From an uncultured virus (IMG/VR IMGVR_UViG_3300031992_001727) (taxonomy: Duplodnaviria; Heunggongvirae; Uroviricota; Caudoviricetes), in the IMG/VR virus record IMGVR_UViG_3300031992_001727: a DNA stretch of 64,000 bases, one strand, 5' to 3'. The position numbers were made by a program, and so were the translations under genes. Below, piece after piece: positions 37,706 to 47,854 of this stretch; the stretch's first letter is position 1; each line of letters begins with the position of its first letter. A model generated the notes under the pieces. It saw nothing but the letters and a program-made list of their open reading frames with translations, was not told where the DNA came from and searched no databases.

Positions 37706-37956
37706 ACTAGCGTATTTAAATGTTAATAATTCAGTTAATTGAACCCACCCAGGGAGTCGGACCCTGATACGACCATCGTGGGTAGCCATCTGCATTTAGG
37801 TTGCAGCAACCGCATGCTCCCTTGATATTTACATCCGTTGTCCGCTTGCGTTACTCCAGTCGGATGGTTCGGGTGTTGCCACCCATGCTAGCATTTGGGG
37901 CTGTGCGTGGTCTCGCTCCACGATGCCGTGTCGTTCACGTCTCACAGCCTAGTCGG

Positions 37957-38169
37957 TCAGACGCGCATATATTCATCCAGTCTCTCCCGGCGACCACGGA
38001 ACATGAAGTATGCGCTCATATCTGCATTGTAGTATATCTTATGCTTGCGGCCATTGGATTTGCCGTAAAATCTGACATACACTCGCTCAAATGTGTTGTC
38101 AAACTCTATCTCTATGCCACCCCAGTTGCTGAGGCACTTGGTTGCATGTGGTGTGAATTGTCTACTCAT
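37957..38169 (-). CDS. Hypothetical protein
   Basis: 70-aa ORF. Confidence 0.5.
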   Translation of the reverse strand: MSRQFTPHATKCLSNWGGIEIEFDNTFERVYVRFYGKSNGRKHKIYYNADMSAYFMFRGRRERLDEYMRV

Positions 38170-38774
38170 TTTGCAATCTTTTTGAGAAGCGCATTGAAAC
38201 GCTTCAAGGTGAAATACTTAGTGAACATCGCTTTTGGCTGCTCAATTTCTCCCAGCGTGATGCACAACTGACCGTCGTGCATCCACCAGCCGAGCAGATC
38301 AAGCCCGTAGGCCGCTGCATAGTTTTTTACTTTCTCTTCCATAGTGTATTTGTTTTAGAGTTAAACTTTAGTCATCTATTTGTTTCGCCCGCGGTATCGA
38401 ACCGCGTCGCTCGGATTGTTCAACCCATGCGACCACCTGTGAGGCGAATCCATTTTTTAGTCGCGCACGCCGTTTATGCGCTCGTCAATTATGGTCACAA
38501 TCATGCGTGCCGTGAAGCACACGAAGCTCACGTATGCGAGCCATGTGACTTTAATGTTTAGGGTTATGTGCAATGCGACTGCAATAGCCGCACTTAGCAC
38601 AACCAGCACCGGGCACCAAATGCCCAGGATTAAATTTGCTTCAGAAATCTTTTCTTTCATCGTAGTATCTATTTGGCATTAATGTTTTTGCCGTTGCCAC
38701 TATCGTGGAACCTATTTGGCATGGAATTTCTCCAAACCGATCCGCATCGCTAGAGGCCAGCGGCATGAATTTTC

Positions 38775-38966
38775 TCACTTTTCGTAATTGTTCGTGTCGC
38801 TCATCCCGTCCAACCCATCGAGGTCGTCGGGGAGACACAACACAAGGAACCCGGCAATGATGCCGATCATGGTTACTAACATGGTGGTGAAGCACTCAAC
38901 CCCACCATTAAGAAGCATGAAGGCAGCCGAAGCTGCCCATACACAATAAGCTAGTGTCTGTCTCAT
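38775..38966 (-). CDS. Small membrane protein
   Basis: Two hydrophobic segments, LNGG. Confidence 0.5.
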   Translation of the reverse strand: MRQTLAYCVWAASAAFMLLNGGVECFTTMLVTMIGIIAGFLVLCLPDDLDGLDGMSDTNNYEK

Positions 38967-39067
38967 AGTGATATGTATTTAATTGTTATTGTTTAGGCCC
39001 GTCCGGTGGAGTCGAACCACCATGCCCAGGAACTAGCCTGGACAGCCAACCGGGCGACGGCGCAAAA

Positions 39068-39367
39068 TTAGCGTGCAACCTTAATTGTGCATGTACTTGT
39101 GTACCCATCAACAATCATTCTTTTCTGAGGGCCTAAGTGAATGCGCACACATCCATCCATCGTCATATTCACATATGGCATTGCAGCATCTTCAAAGAGA
39201 ATTACGTCATGCACTCCAAGGCTGGCGGTCGGTGCAAGATTAATTTCACCAACCACATGATACCATTGATCCCCTCCGAAATCGCATTCATCGCCAGTAG
39301 GTATCAATACAATCGAATCCCAAACCGATGCCTTTTCGACAAACGGCAAACTGTTTACGTCAATCAT
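39068..39367 (-). CDS. Hypothetical protein
   Basis: 99-aa ORF with A-rich leader. Confidence 0.5.
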   Translation of the reverse strand: MIDVNSLPFVEKASVWDSIVLIPTGDECDFGGDQWYHVVGEINLAPTASLGVHDVILFEDAAMPYVNMTMDGCVRIHLGPQKRMIVDGYTSTCTIKVAR

Positions 39368-39379
39368 AGTCGTATGTAT

Positions 39380-39706
39380 TTAATAAATCTTAAATTCATC
39401 TAGCCTATCAATGCGCCCGTATGTACATTTGCGGATAGCAGTTTTGTCAAAACCATACATGATTACTGTGTGACCATACTGGGTAACATAAAAACCTTTC
39501 AAGTATTCATCAAAACCAACAAGCCAACCAAGTACAGGGATGCCGAATTTTGAAAATGTATTTGTGTTAATCTTCTCGGTTATCCAGTTCTTTTCATCCC
39601 TGGATAGTTTTTCACCATTCATTAAGCGCAACTTTAATTGATACGCTTTTGATGGCTTGATTTGTTCCTCGGCGCATGCGCTTGAGGTAAATGGGAATGC
39701 TACCAT
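39380..39706 (-). CDS. Conserved hypothetical phage protein
   Basis: LSRDEKNWITE...G.P.LGW...F...V.QYG. Confidence 0.55.
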   Translation of the reverse strand: MVAFPFTSSACAEEQIKPSKAYQLKLRLMNGEKLSRDEKNWITEKINTNTFSKFGIPVLGWLVGFDEYLKGFYVTQYGHTVIMYGFDKTAIRKCTYGRIDRLDEFKIY

Positions 39707-40003
39707 AATTGTTCGTTTTTAGATGCCCGAAACGGCTCGGGCGTGCCGTATTAATATCGTTCAAGTTGCTCAGCCCGAGCAACCCGGTATCGTTCAAATC
39801 GCTCAGCCCGCTCTACCCAACCCACACACATAAAGCATCGCGTGTGGATCGATCGTGCGGTGTGCAGCACACAAGCCAGGCACGGCATGAACCGTGGTGG
39901 CCGTGTGGCCTCGAGCGGTGGCCGCGTGCCGTGGTGGCCGTGTGGCCGGGCTTAACTGGTGGCCGTGGTCACTGGCAAACCAGTTACCGACAAACCGACG
40001 GCC

Positions 40004-40105
40004 GAAAAGCGATTTTAAGCCGTTTTAAGCGACTTTTTTGGCCTGGTTGATAGGTTATATTACCAACCAACCAAACAGCCCTAAATCGGCCTAAAATCGG
40101 GCAAT
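40004..40105. promoter_or_regulatory. Long imperfect palindrome (ssDNA promoter/ssi-like)
   Basis: CGATTTTAAGCCGTTTTAAG ... CTAAATCGGCCTAAAATCG inverted arms. Confidence 0.45.
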
Positions 40106-40222
40106 TTTCAGACCTTTGCCAGATAGGCAACAAGCCCAAAAAATGACCTTTTCTATAAAAAGAAAAACCACGGCCGTACAATGTACGACCGTGGCAAACG
40201 GTTGTGGGTGTGTGCCGGGCTG

Positions 40223-41050
40223 TTAAGCGGTGGCGGCGGCTGGTGTGGATAGTAACGTGTTAATATCAACCCCTAATTGTGCGGCTAGCGCGCGAACGGC
40301 GGCCAATTTTGCGTCATGGCTGGCACCAGCCAGTTTGTTACCGGCGGCGGTGGTGGCGGCGGCGGCGGCGGCATTGTCGTTGTTTTGCGCTTGTGTGTGT
40401 GCGGCATCGATGACGGCGGCCAGTGTGGCGGGTTTGTTGTCATCTGTTAGGCTGGCGGCCGTGATGCTCAACCCGGGCAACTTGTTAAGTGCTTCAATCT
40501 GTTTGTTAAGTTGTGCAAGCGCATCAACTGCAGCGTTAACGGCGGCGGTGGCTCTTTCTTCATAGTTCTCGAGGGTAACGGCTGTTAACGGGCTCTTTGC
40601 GCCGTATTTCTGACCGATGCGCGCCGATTGTGCCGTTATTTTCAGTTCTTTGCCAGTCAATAGGGTTTTAAGGTCCGGGCTTGCACATGTGGGCACGCCG
40701 TTAATAATGTGACTTTTGCCGGTGTTTGTGTATTCGGCCGGCATGCCGTTAACGTCAACAATGTAACGTGTGTGGGTAGAACCAGTAACAGCCGGTGCAA
40801 GGATATCACGAACAAACACCGAAACGCCGTCATTGCGCAAATACGTTTCACCGATACCGAACGACCACGAACTCTTTGCAAGTTCGTCCGCGATTTCGGC
40901 TACAACAAAAGTACGGGTATCGGTATCGCTAACTTTCGTATCGCTGTTTGATACGTTTACCGGGTTGGTCACTTGTGTTTCTTTCTCGTTCTTACTGGTT
41001 GCGGCGGGTGCAACGGTGGCCGTGGTGGCCGGGTTTTTCTTGTTACTCAT
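40223..41050 (-). CDS. Ala/Thr-rich hypothetical protein, first gene left of putative origin
   Basis: 275-aa ORF, TAATTTTG promoter at about 41103-41111 (-), downstream hairpin 40163-40194. Confidence 0.6.
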   Translation of the reverse strand: MSNKKNPATTATVAPAATSKNEKETQVTNPVNVSNSDTKVSDTDTRTFVVAEIADELAKSSWSFGIGETYLRNDGVSVFVRDILAPAVTGSTHTRYIVDVNGMPAEYTNTGKSHIINGVPTCASPDLKTLLTGKELKITAQSARIGQKYGAKSPLTAVTLENYEERATAAVNAAVDALAQLNKQIEALNKLPGLSITAASLTDDNKPATLAAVIDAAHTQAQNNDNAAAAAATTAAGNKLAGASHDAKLAAVRALAAQLGVDINTLLSTPAAATA

Positions 41051-41099
41051 AATGTATTTAAATTAAAAAGTTATGTAATAGGGTGTTTCCCTATCTTTG

Positions 41100-42000
41100 C
41101 CAGCAAAATTACAACAAATATCTGACACACACAAGCACTTTAACTTTCGTTAACCTTTAACCAGATAGATAGCTATCTATTGTTAGATAACTATGTTTTA
41201 TAACATAACTAGATAACTATATTATATAACTATATTATTTAATATATCTATAAAATATAGCTAACAAATTATGTTATCTAACATAATTAGATAACTATGT
41301 TATTTAGCTATCTAATTTAAATAGCTATCTATCTAGATAACTGCAATAGATATAACTTATTGTTGTGTCTATCATAGGGCGACGCAAAAGTTTCACGGCT
41401 GTGTGTAGCGTGGAACATTGCCGGATCCGGCGTTAACTTTCTGTGTGGGTTCCACCGTGCCCGGGTTCCTCGTTACCTGGTTCGACTGGTTGTGTTTCTC
41501 GTTGGGTGTGATATTACTCTGGTAATATAACGGCTGTTTGTCCAGTTGTGGAGCAAAAAACGCTATAAATTGCGTCTGACGGCGTTTTAGGTGTGAAGGT
41601 GGGTAGTTAGTCGTTTTTGATATTTCGCGCGATTGTAGGGGCGTTTCTGTGCGATTTTGGGCTATTGTGCCGTTTTGGGTAGACCCACACCCCCCTGTTT
41701 TGGGTTGAAGGGGCAGTAACCCTTTATATAAATATTTTTTATTTTATTTTTTTATTATTATTTTAATTTTTATTATTTAGATATACGGTTACTTAGTTGC
41801 TTCATCAGTTAAGTATTTAGTTGCTTCATCAGCTATGTATATAGTTATCTATGATGTTATACATTTATGGTTATCTTAGTATTGTTATCTATGTATTGGG
41901 TGTTGTATGTTAATGTTGTTTACGGATGAATTTTAATGATTTATGAAAGTGTGTGTGTATTTTGTAGGATTGTTAAGTTTTTATTACTTTTGCAGTTGTG
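41100..42000. other. Putative replication origin / genome-end region
   Basis: ORF-free, very AT-rich; repeated TAGATAACTA(TG) and TAGCTATCTA (41164-41356); TTAGTTGCTTCATCAG twice (41793, 41817); transcription diverges here. Confidence 0.55.
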
Positions 42001-42054
42001 TAAGTGTACGTTTAAAAACCCGAGAGTGTATAAAATGTTTAAAATAAATGTGTT

Positions 42055-43818
42055 ATGAATCGAGTTCAATATGTAGGCATGTTAGATGAGCTTCATGGTT
42101 TGTTGCTGGGCCATGAAGTTGGTGGTTGTTTGTTGGAGAAGTCCGGTGTTCGTCGCCGAGGTCGTTTGGCGGATTTGTTCCGTAAAGCTTATGTATCTGC
42201 CGGTTTGGGCAGTTATTGCGGTTTGTTGTGGTGGTATGGTGGTCGTTGTTACATTGAGTTGTCGAGTGATGATTTGTCGAATTCGATTTATGATTTGTTG
42301 AAGCGTGTCGGTGTTCCTGGAGAGGACTTGTTGCATGTAGATGATTTGTTGCGTGTAGTGAGTCGTGCGTTAAGTGCGAAGGAGTTGGTTGTTGACCATG
42401 GCAAAGTGGCGTTTCGCAACTGCGTATTGGATTTAGAGACCGGCAAAGTGTGCAGTTTTGGTCCCGATGTAGTTGTATTTTCGGAGATGGATTACGATTA
42501 CGACGAACGTGCCGAGTGCTGGCGTTGGCGTCAGTTTCTAGATGAAGTGTTGCCACAGAAGGAGCATCAGCGCATCTTGCAGGAGTTTTTAGGCATGGTG
42601 TTGATAGACCGCAAGAAGGTGAAGATGGAGCAGATGTTGATCTTGAAGGGCAGTGGTGCCAACGGCAAGAGCGTTGTGTTTGATGTCGTGTGTCATTTGT
42701 TCGGTGAGTCGAATGTGAGCCATTTCACGTTGAAGAGCCTGTTGGGTGGTGGTATAGACAGGAAGCGGAATATTGCCAGCATCAACGGCAAGCGTTTGAA
42801 CTACTCGAGTGAGACTGACAGGTTTGTGATTCCAAGTGACAGCGGCATGTTGAAGGCGTTGATCAGTGGTGAGCCGTTAGAGGCCCGTCCGATGCGTGGT
42901 ATGAACTTTGCTGCCAAGGACATTCCTTTGTTGATGATGAACGCCAACATCTTGCCTGAGATCAAGGATTGGAGTTTCGGTATGCGTCGCCGTGTGTTGA
43001 TATTGCCATTCACGGTAGAGATACCGAAGTGGCAGCAAGATGCCACGTTGCCCATTGCGTTACGTTCGGAGTTGAGTGGCATCATGAATTGGGTGTTAGA
43101 GGGCCGTAAGCGTTTTGTGTTGAACCAGTACAAGTTGACTGAGAGTGATGCTGCCGAGAAGTTGGCTGACGAGTATCAAGGCGAGTCGAGCAACGTGATA
43201 GACTTCATGCGCGCCATGGGTTATGAGCGCCGGAACGATGTAGTGCGTGGTGCTGTTCCTGTCTGGAAGTATTCAAAAGAGATATATGGCGAGTACACGA
43301 AGTGGTGCATAGCTTCGGAAGACATGGCTGAGAAAGTCCACAAGTTCTTGACGGTGTTGCGTGATGGTGGTTGGCGTGTTGTCCGTCGCAGCCAGGGTTG
43401 GTATATCGGTTGTTATGGTGACCGTGCATTGAAGCGTCAGGCTTGGTTGTTGAAGTGTGACAATGCCAGCAAGGAGTTGAATGTCCAGTTCAAGGGTGAG
43501 AAGTTCTTCAATTGGCGCATCGTCCGTGACATGGCCGAGAAGGTGATGACGATAAATGGTTGGACGCGTTGTGCTGTAGGTTTTCTGGACTTGCAGGAGT
43601 ATTTGGGTTACACGTTTGACTTCAAGGGCCACATGAACCGTGGTCAGTTGGATGGCACTTATGTTGTCAATGATGGTGTTTATTTCTTCAACTTGACAGC
43701 CATTGACGAGCTGTGGCGTCCGAAGTATGAGGCTGGCATCAAGGCTCGCATGGAGCGCAAGCTTGTTGATGCCGAGTATAGGAAGTTGCAGAGCGAGAGT
43801 GACAAGGGTCTTGCATAG
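42055..43818 (+). CDS. D5/P4-type SF3 helicase (primase-helicase C-terminal type)
   Basis: FRNCVLDL (D5_N), W.QFLDEVLP, GSGANGKS Walker A, LKALISGEP..AR. Confidence 0.85.
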   Translation: MNRVQYVGMLDELHGLLLGHEVGGCLLEKSGVRRRGRLADLFRKAYVSAGLGSYCGLLWWYGGRCYIELSSDDLSNSIYDLLKRVGVPGEDLLHVDDLLRVVSRALSAKELVVDHGKVAFRNCVLDLETGKVCSFGPDVVVFSEMDYDYDERAECWRWRQFLDEVLPQKEHQRILQEFLGMVLIDRKKVKMEQMLILKGSGANGKSVVFDVVCHLFGESNVSHFTLKSLLGGGIDRKRNIASINGKRLNYSSETDRFVIPSDSGMLKALISGEPLEARPMRGMNFAAKDIPLLMMNANILPEIKDWSFGMRRRVLILPFTVEIPKWQQDATLPIALRSELSGIMNWVLEGRKRFVLNQYKLTESDAAEKLADEYQGESSNVIDFMRAMGYERRNDVVRGAVPVWKYSKEIYGEYTKWCIASEDMAEKVHKFLTVLRDGGWRVVRRSQGWYIGCYGDRALKRQAWLLKCDNASKELNVQFKGEKFFNWRIVRDMAEKVMTINGWTRCAVGFLDLQEYLGYTFDFKGHMNRGQLDGTYVVNDGVYFFNLTAIDELWRPKYEAGIKARMERKLVDAEYRKLQSESDKGLA

Positions 43819-43890
43819 TATTGTCGCCGCCACAGGAGTGGCGGCATAGCTGTACCGTTATTTTGTTTTTCTTTTTTTGGTTATAGTGTT

Positions 43891-44421
43891 ATGGATAAGG
43901 GAGATTTTTTGAAGTCAGAGGCTATTGGCCTTGGCTTGTGTGAGAAATGGCGCGAAGCGTGGTCTTCGGGCCTTGGTGATGATGCTTTGGTGGAGAAGTT
44001 CAAGGATGGCATTGACTTCTGCATCTTGCATGACTGGCCGTCTTGCGCTTGGGTGAAGGAGCATTTTGACGCAGAGTTGCTGGCTCGGCATGGTGTGTTT
44101 GTAGACGCGGACTTGCGAGCGGGGTCGCTCGCAATACCTGACCTTAACAGCTATGTTCTGATGGGTGATTGCCGTGGTGTGTTGCGTTTTGGCGGCTTTG
44201 ATGTTGCCACGGTGTATGTCCGTCACCAGTGCGATGTTGAGATAATGGTTGATGGCCTTGCGTATGTTGATGTGAGGGTCTATGATGGTGCCCATGTGAT
44301 TGTTTTGGGTGACAGCGCGCGTTCTGTGAACGTGTATGTCTACGATCATGGCAGCTGTGACATGCGTGGCAATGTGAGTGTCCGTCATCGTGGTTCCTTT
44401 AAAGACTTGGCTGATGAATGA
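43891..44421 (+). CDS. Conserved hypothetical phage protein (beta-repeat C-terminus)
   Basis: A..LGLC..W...W...GIDFC...P. Confidence 0.65.
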   Translation: MDKGDFLKSEAIGLGLCEKWREAWSSGLGDDALVEKFKDGIDFCILHDWPSCAWVKEHFDAELLARHGVFVDADLRAGSLAIPDLNSYVLMGDCRGVLRFGGFDVATVYVRHQCDVEIMVDGLAYVDVRVYDGAHVIVLGDSARSVNVYVYDHGSCDMRGNVSVRHRGSFKDLADE

Positions 44422-45235
44422 GTATGAGAAGGCGCAGGCCGTCATTCGTCGTCGGCTTGAGATAGAGAGTGCGTTGCTGCGTGCCTTGCGTGCCGAGTGT
44501 GTTCGTGTGATTATGGAGATAGCCTCTTTGGGTTATGCGAGCGAGATGGCTGGCATGGAGTTTCGTTTGTCAAATTGTGGCAAGTATGAAGATATATTGG
44601 AGCTTTTGGGTGATTTGCGTTTATGGATATACATGAATGTGACGCATTACAGCCAGATGGCAGTTGATGTTGTTGAGGAGCATTGGAAGCCCGTTGTTCC
44701 GTTGGTTGCTGATGAGTATGCGAACCGCGAGGTCCATGGCAAGACATTGAAGGAGCGTGTCGGCATCTATGTCAACCGCTTGAAGAGCGAGGCCGAGATG
44801 TGGATTGCCGCCGGTCTTGTCAGTGGCTTGTCGATCAAGAAGCTTGAGAAGGAAGTTCGTGAGTGGGTTGAGAAGCCTTACTCGAGCCGTTTGTTTCTTT
44901 CGGCCAGTGTTGCTGCCGGCCACACGACAGCCAGCAGTGTCCGTTTGCGCCGTGGTGTTCCTCATTTTGGTGCCGGTCAGTTGCGTGGTTCAGTTGCCTC
45001 GCTTGCCCGTCTTGGTGGCTGGGTTGTCGCTGACATGGTTCGCATGGCTGAGTTCCTTGCTTGGGGCAGCGACAGCCGTGTGACTGGCTATCGTGTGTAT
45101 CGTGGCAGTAGCTACCCTTGCTCGTTGTGTGACATGATGACCGGGTTTCACCCGAAGGGGTTTGAGGAACTGCCGCCGTATCATGCCAGGTGCTGCTGCT
45201 TTGCTGTGCCGGTGATTGATGACAGTGTGTCTTAG
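44414..45235 (+). CDS. Head morphogenesis (SPP1 gp7/Mu gpF-like) protein
   Basis: RGSSYPCSLCD...PPYHARCCC. Confidence 0.75.
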   Translation: MNEYEKAQAVIRRRLEIESALLRALRAECVRVIMEIASLGYASEMAGMEFRLSNCGKYEDILELLGDLRLWIYMNVTHYSQMAVDVVEEHWKPVVPLVADEYANREVHGKTLKERVGIYVNRLKSEAEMWIAAGLVSGLSIKKLEKEVREWVEKPYSSRLFLSASVAAGHTTASSVRLRRGVPHFGAGQLRGSVASLARLGGWVVADMVRMAEFLAWGSDSRVTGYRVYRGSSYPCSLCDMMTGFHPKGFEELPPYHARCCCFAVPVIDDSVS

Positions 45236-45298
45236 GCGGTGATGGAATGAAAAAGCCGCGGCGGGAGCCGCGGCACAGACAGACCTTTGTTGTTTCTT

Positions 45299-47788
45299 TC
45301 AGACGACTTTTTGCCATGTTGCCCCGTTGAGCCGGTATAGGCCCTGCGGGGTTAGTTTCATGGCTGTGTTTGGCACTGCTCCGTCCTCGGTGGCGTAGGG
45401 TGTAGGCGAGAAGCCTATTGAGATGTTCTGTGTCCTTTCCGGCCGGAATGTGACGTTGAATGTGAGCGTGTACTGCTTGATGCCTGGCGGCATGTCGAGT
45501 GTTACGGCAATCATTCCGTCGGTCAGCGTGACCTGCTGGTCGTATAGGACGTTGTTGTCGGTGTCGTTGACGGCGGTGAGCGATGCCTCGATGACTGGTG
45601 GCACTTCGCCCTCGCTTGTGGGCGTGTCCGGTAGTGCGAGTATGTGCGCTCTGACGTGCATTGTCGCCGCGTCGGTAGTCGAGAATTGCAGCACCTGCTG
45701 TGCGTATCGCGAGTAGGTGTGTCCTCCCGTGAACTGCTGGCTGATGCTGCTTGCGCTGATGATGGTCGGCGCGATTTGCTGCCGGTCGGTCTGCATGATA
45801 GCCATCTCGTTGGCAGTGATGTTGGCATAAGCCTCTGCGCCATCTGTTCCCGCGAACAAGCCTGAGACGAACGACACTGGTCCAGCCGCCTTGTCTTTTC
45901 CTTGCTTGGATATGTACTCCTTTGACAACTGGTTGACCCTGTCGATGATGCGGTTGGCGTTAGCGGTTGAGATAGCGTCCATCGTCTGCACCGCCTGTTG
46001 TGTTGCTTGCACGGTTGTGCGTTGCAGCAGTGACGGCTCCACGGTGTCGGAGAGCGTGATTTCGTACTGCGGTATCGTCTCCTCACCCACGGTGATTTTG
46101 ATTTGTGAGATTGTGATGCGCTCGTCTATGCCGAGCGAGTTGTCAACGATGTGCAACTTTGTGCCCGCCATGAGTTGCTCAGCTATGGCCTGGTGCCTTG
46201 CCATGTAGATGTTGTCGATGGTGAGCGCATAGTTGTAGGCCGTGTGGTCGTTGAGCGCGAGGAACTTCTCTGCGGCAGTCTGCAAGCGTTGCTCTGCCGC
46301 TGTGACGTATGTGTCGGGCATTCTGATTCCCGCCAGCACGAACTTGTCTCCCGCCGAGACTTGGTAGTTGACATTCGGGAAATACTGGTTGATGGACGTG
46401 TCTTGCGCCACCTCCAGCGTGACTCGGTAGGTGCTTGGCGACGTTGTCGGTGCTATTTTCTGCATCGTGCGAATGTTGCACTCTCGGCCCGCGAGCATTC
46501 CCGAGTTGAAGACCATGCGTGGTGTCTCTCCGCTGATGATCTGCTCGTTCGGGTCGAAGCCGATGTTTTTAATCGTCACCTGGAAGGTTGGTGCCGTTGT
46601 CTGCTGCTCCGGTATAATTCCGTCGAACGTGACTTGCTCTGCTGTGACAATTTCATCGACTGCTCCTTGGTCCCAGCTAGGGTATTGCTGCGGGTCACGG
46701 ATGTTCTGCTCAGTGCGCTGCTCTTCTGTGAGCGCATTGTAGATGTCGAGCGTAGTCATTCCTGCGATTGACGGGTAGATGTCCTCTACCTCGCTGTCGC
46801 TTCCGTCGAAGAACTTGACCCCTTCCTTGATGCCCAGCGTGGCTGCGTTTGGCGAGTCGATGTAGGCCACCTTTCCGTTCTGCCGGAACATTGGCAGCAT
46901 GAGGTTCGGAAGATACATCGCATCATCTACGTTCGGCAGGTTGTTGTAGTATCGGTACGGCATATTGCGTGTGCTGCCGTATGCGTAGAGTCGTGTGATG
47001 AGCTGCTGGTTCTCATCGGATGTGCGCTCAATCTTCATCAATCCCGCCCCTTGGCTGATGCCGAGTTCTTTTCCATATCGGAACTCGTTGTCAATCTCAT
47101 GCACGATAGCACCTAGTGTGATTGTATGAATGAACGAGTAGTCGGTCGGGTCGGTATCAGGGTGTCCTTCCTCGTTGTCGTTCTTGACTGACGCCACGGT
47201 GAAGTTGATTCCAAGCTTTTGGCACGCGTCTGCCAGTGTGTTCCACACCGACGCATTGCTGACTGATATGGACTGCGGCTTGATGATGGTTCCCGGCTCG
47301 ATGACGATTCGCCACACTTTGTATGGGAACGCCCGCTTGACGTTGGCCATAATTCGGTCGGCCAGTTGTGCCAGACCTGCGCACACCTGTACGGCCTGCC
47401 CTTCCTGGTCGAATGATATGGTGTCGTCGGAGCAGTAGAACTGGAATGTGGGCAGTGATGTGTAGTGCAGCTTGTTATCGTCGGTGACGTAGTCTAGCAT
47501 CATGGTGTCCTGCATCATGGCTATTGCCTCGCACTGGAATCGCACGGCCTTGTACTGCACCGCGTCGCCTCGGCTGTTGTCGCGTGCGTTGCGTGTGACT
47601 GACGGCAGTACGGTCATGACGAACCTCTGTCCCCGGAACTGGATGTAGTCGCCGATCTGCCAGCTGATGGGTGCGGGCGCGTCGATGTCGCATGAGACGT
47701 AGGCGTCGCCCATGAGTGTGGCATCGTATTGCAGCCGCTTTGTCGTGGCCACGATGCCTCCGCTATTGTGGTTGATGTAGTATGTCAT
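45299..47788 (-). CDS. Tail tip/minor tail protein (Tal/hub-like)
   Basis: WQIGDYIQFRG.RF, ITRLYAYGSTRN, GDKFVL.GI.MP..YV..AE. Confidence 0.75.
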   Translation of the reverse strand: MTYYINHNSGGIVATTKRLQYDATLMGDAYVSCDIDAPAPISWQIGDYIQFRGQRFVMTVLPSVTRNARDNSRGDAVQYKAVRFQCEAIAMMQDTMMLDYVTDDNKLHYTSLPTFQFYCSDDTISFDQEGQAVQVCAGLAQLADRIMANVKRAFPYKVWRIVIEPGTIIKPQSISVSNASVWNTLADACQKLGINFTVASVKNDNEEGHPDTDPTDYSFIHTITLGAIVHEIDNEFRYGKELGISQGAGLMKIERTSDENQQLITRLYAYGSTRNMPYRYYNNLPNVDDAMYLPNLMLPMFRQNGKVAYIDSPNAATLGIKEGVKFFDGSDSEVEDIYPSIAGMTTLDIYNALTEEQRTEQNIRDPQQYPSWDQGAVDEIVTAEQVTFDGIIPEQQTTAPTFQVTIKNIGFDPNEQIISGETPRMVFNSGMLAGRECNIRTMQKIAPTTSPSTYRVTLEVAQDTSINQYFPNVNYQVSAGDKFVLAGIRMPDTYVTAAEQRLQTAAEKFLALNDHTAYNYALTIDNIYMARHQAIAEQLMAGTKLHIVDNSLGIDERITISQIKITVGEETIPQYEITLSDTVEPSLLQRTTVQATQQAVQTMDAISTANANRIIDRVNQLSKEYISKQGKDKAAGPVSFVSGLFAGTDGAEAYANITANEMAIMQTDRQQIAPTIISASSISQQFTGGHTYSRYAQQVLQFSTTDAATMHVRAHILALPDTPTSEGEVPPVIEASLTAVNDTDNNVLYDQQVTLTDGMIAVTLDMPPGIKQYTLTFNVTFRPERTQNISIGFSPTPYATEDGAVPNTAMKLTPQGLYRLNGATWQKVV

Positions 47789-47854
47789 TTTCTTCTTGTT
47801 GTTGCCAGCCGCCACTGGAGTGGCGGCATAGTGTATTGTTGTCGCGTTGAGTTG

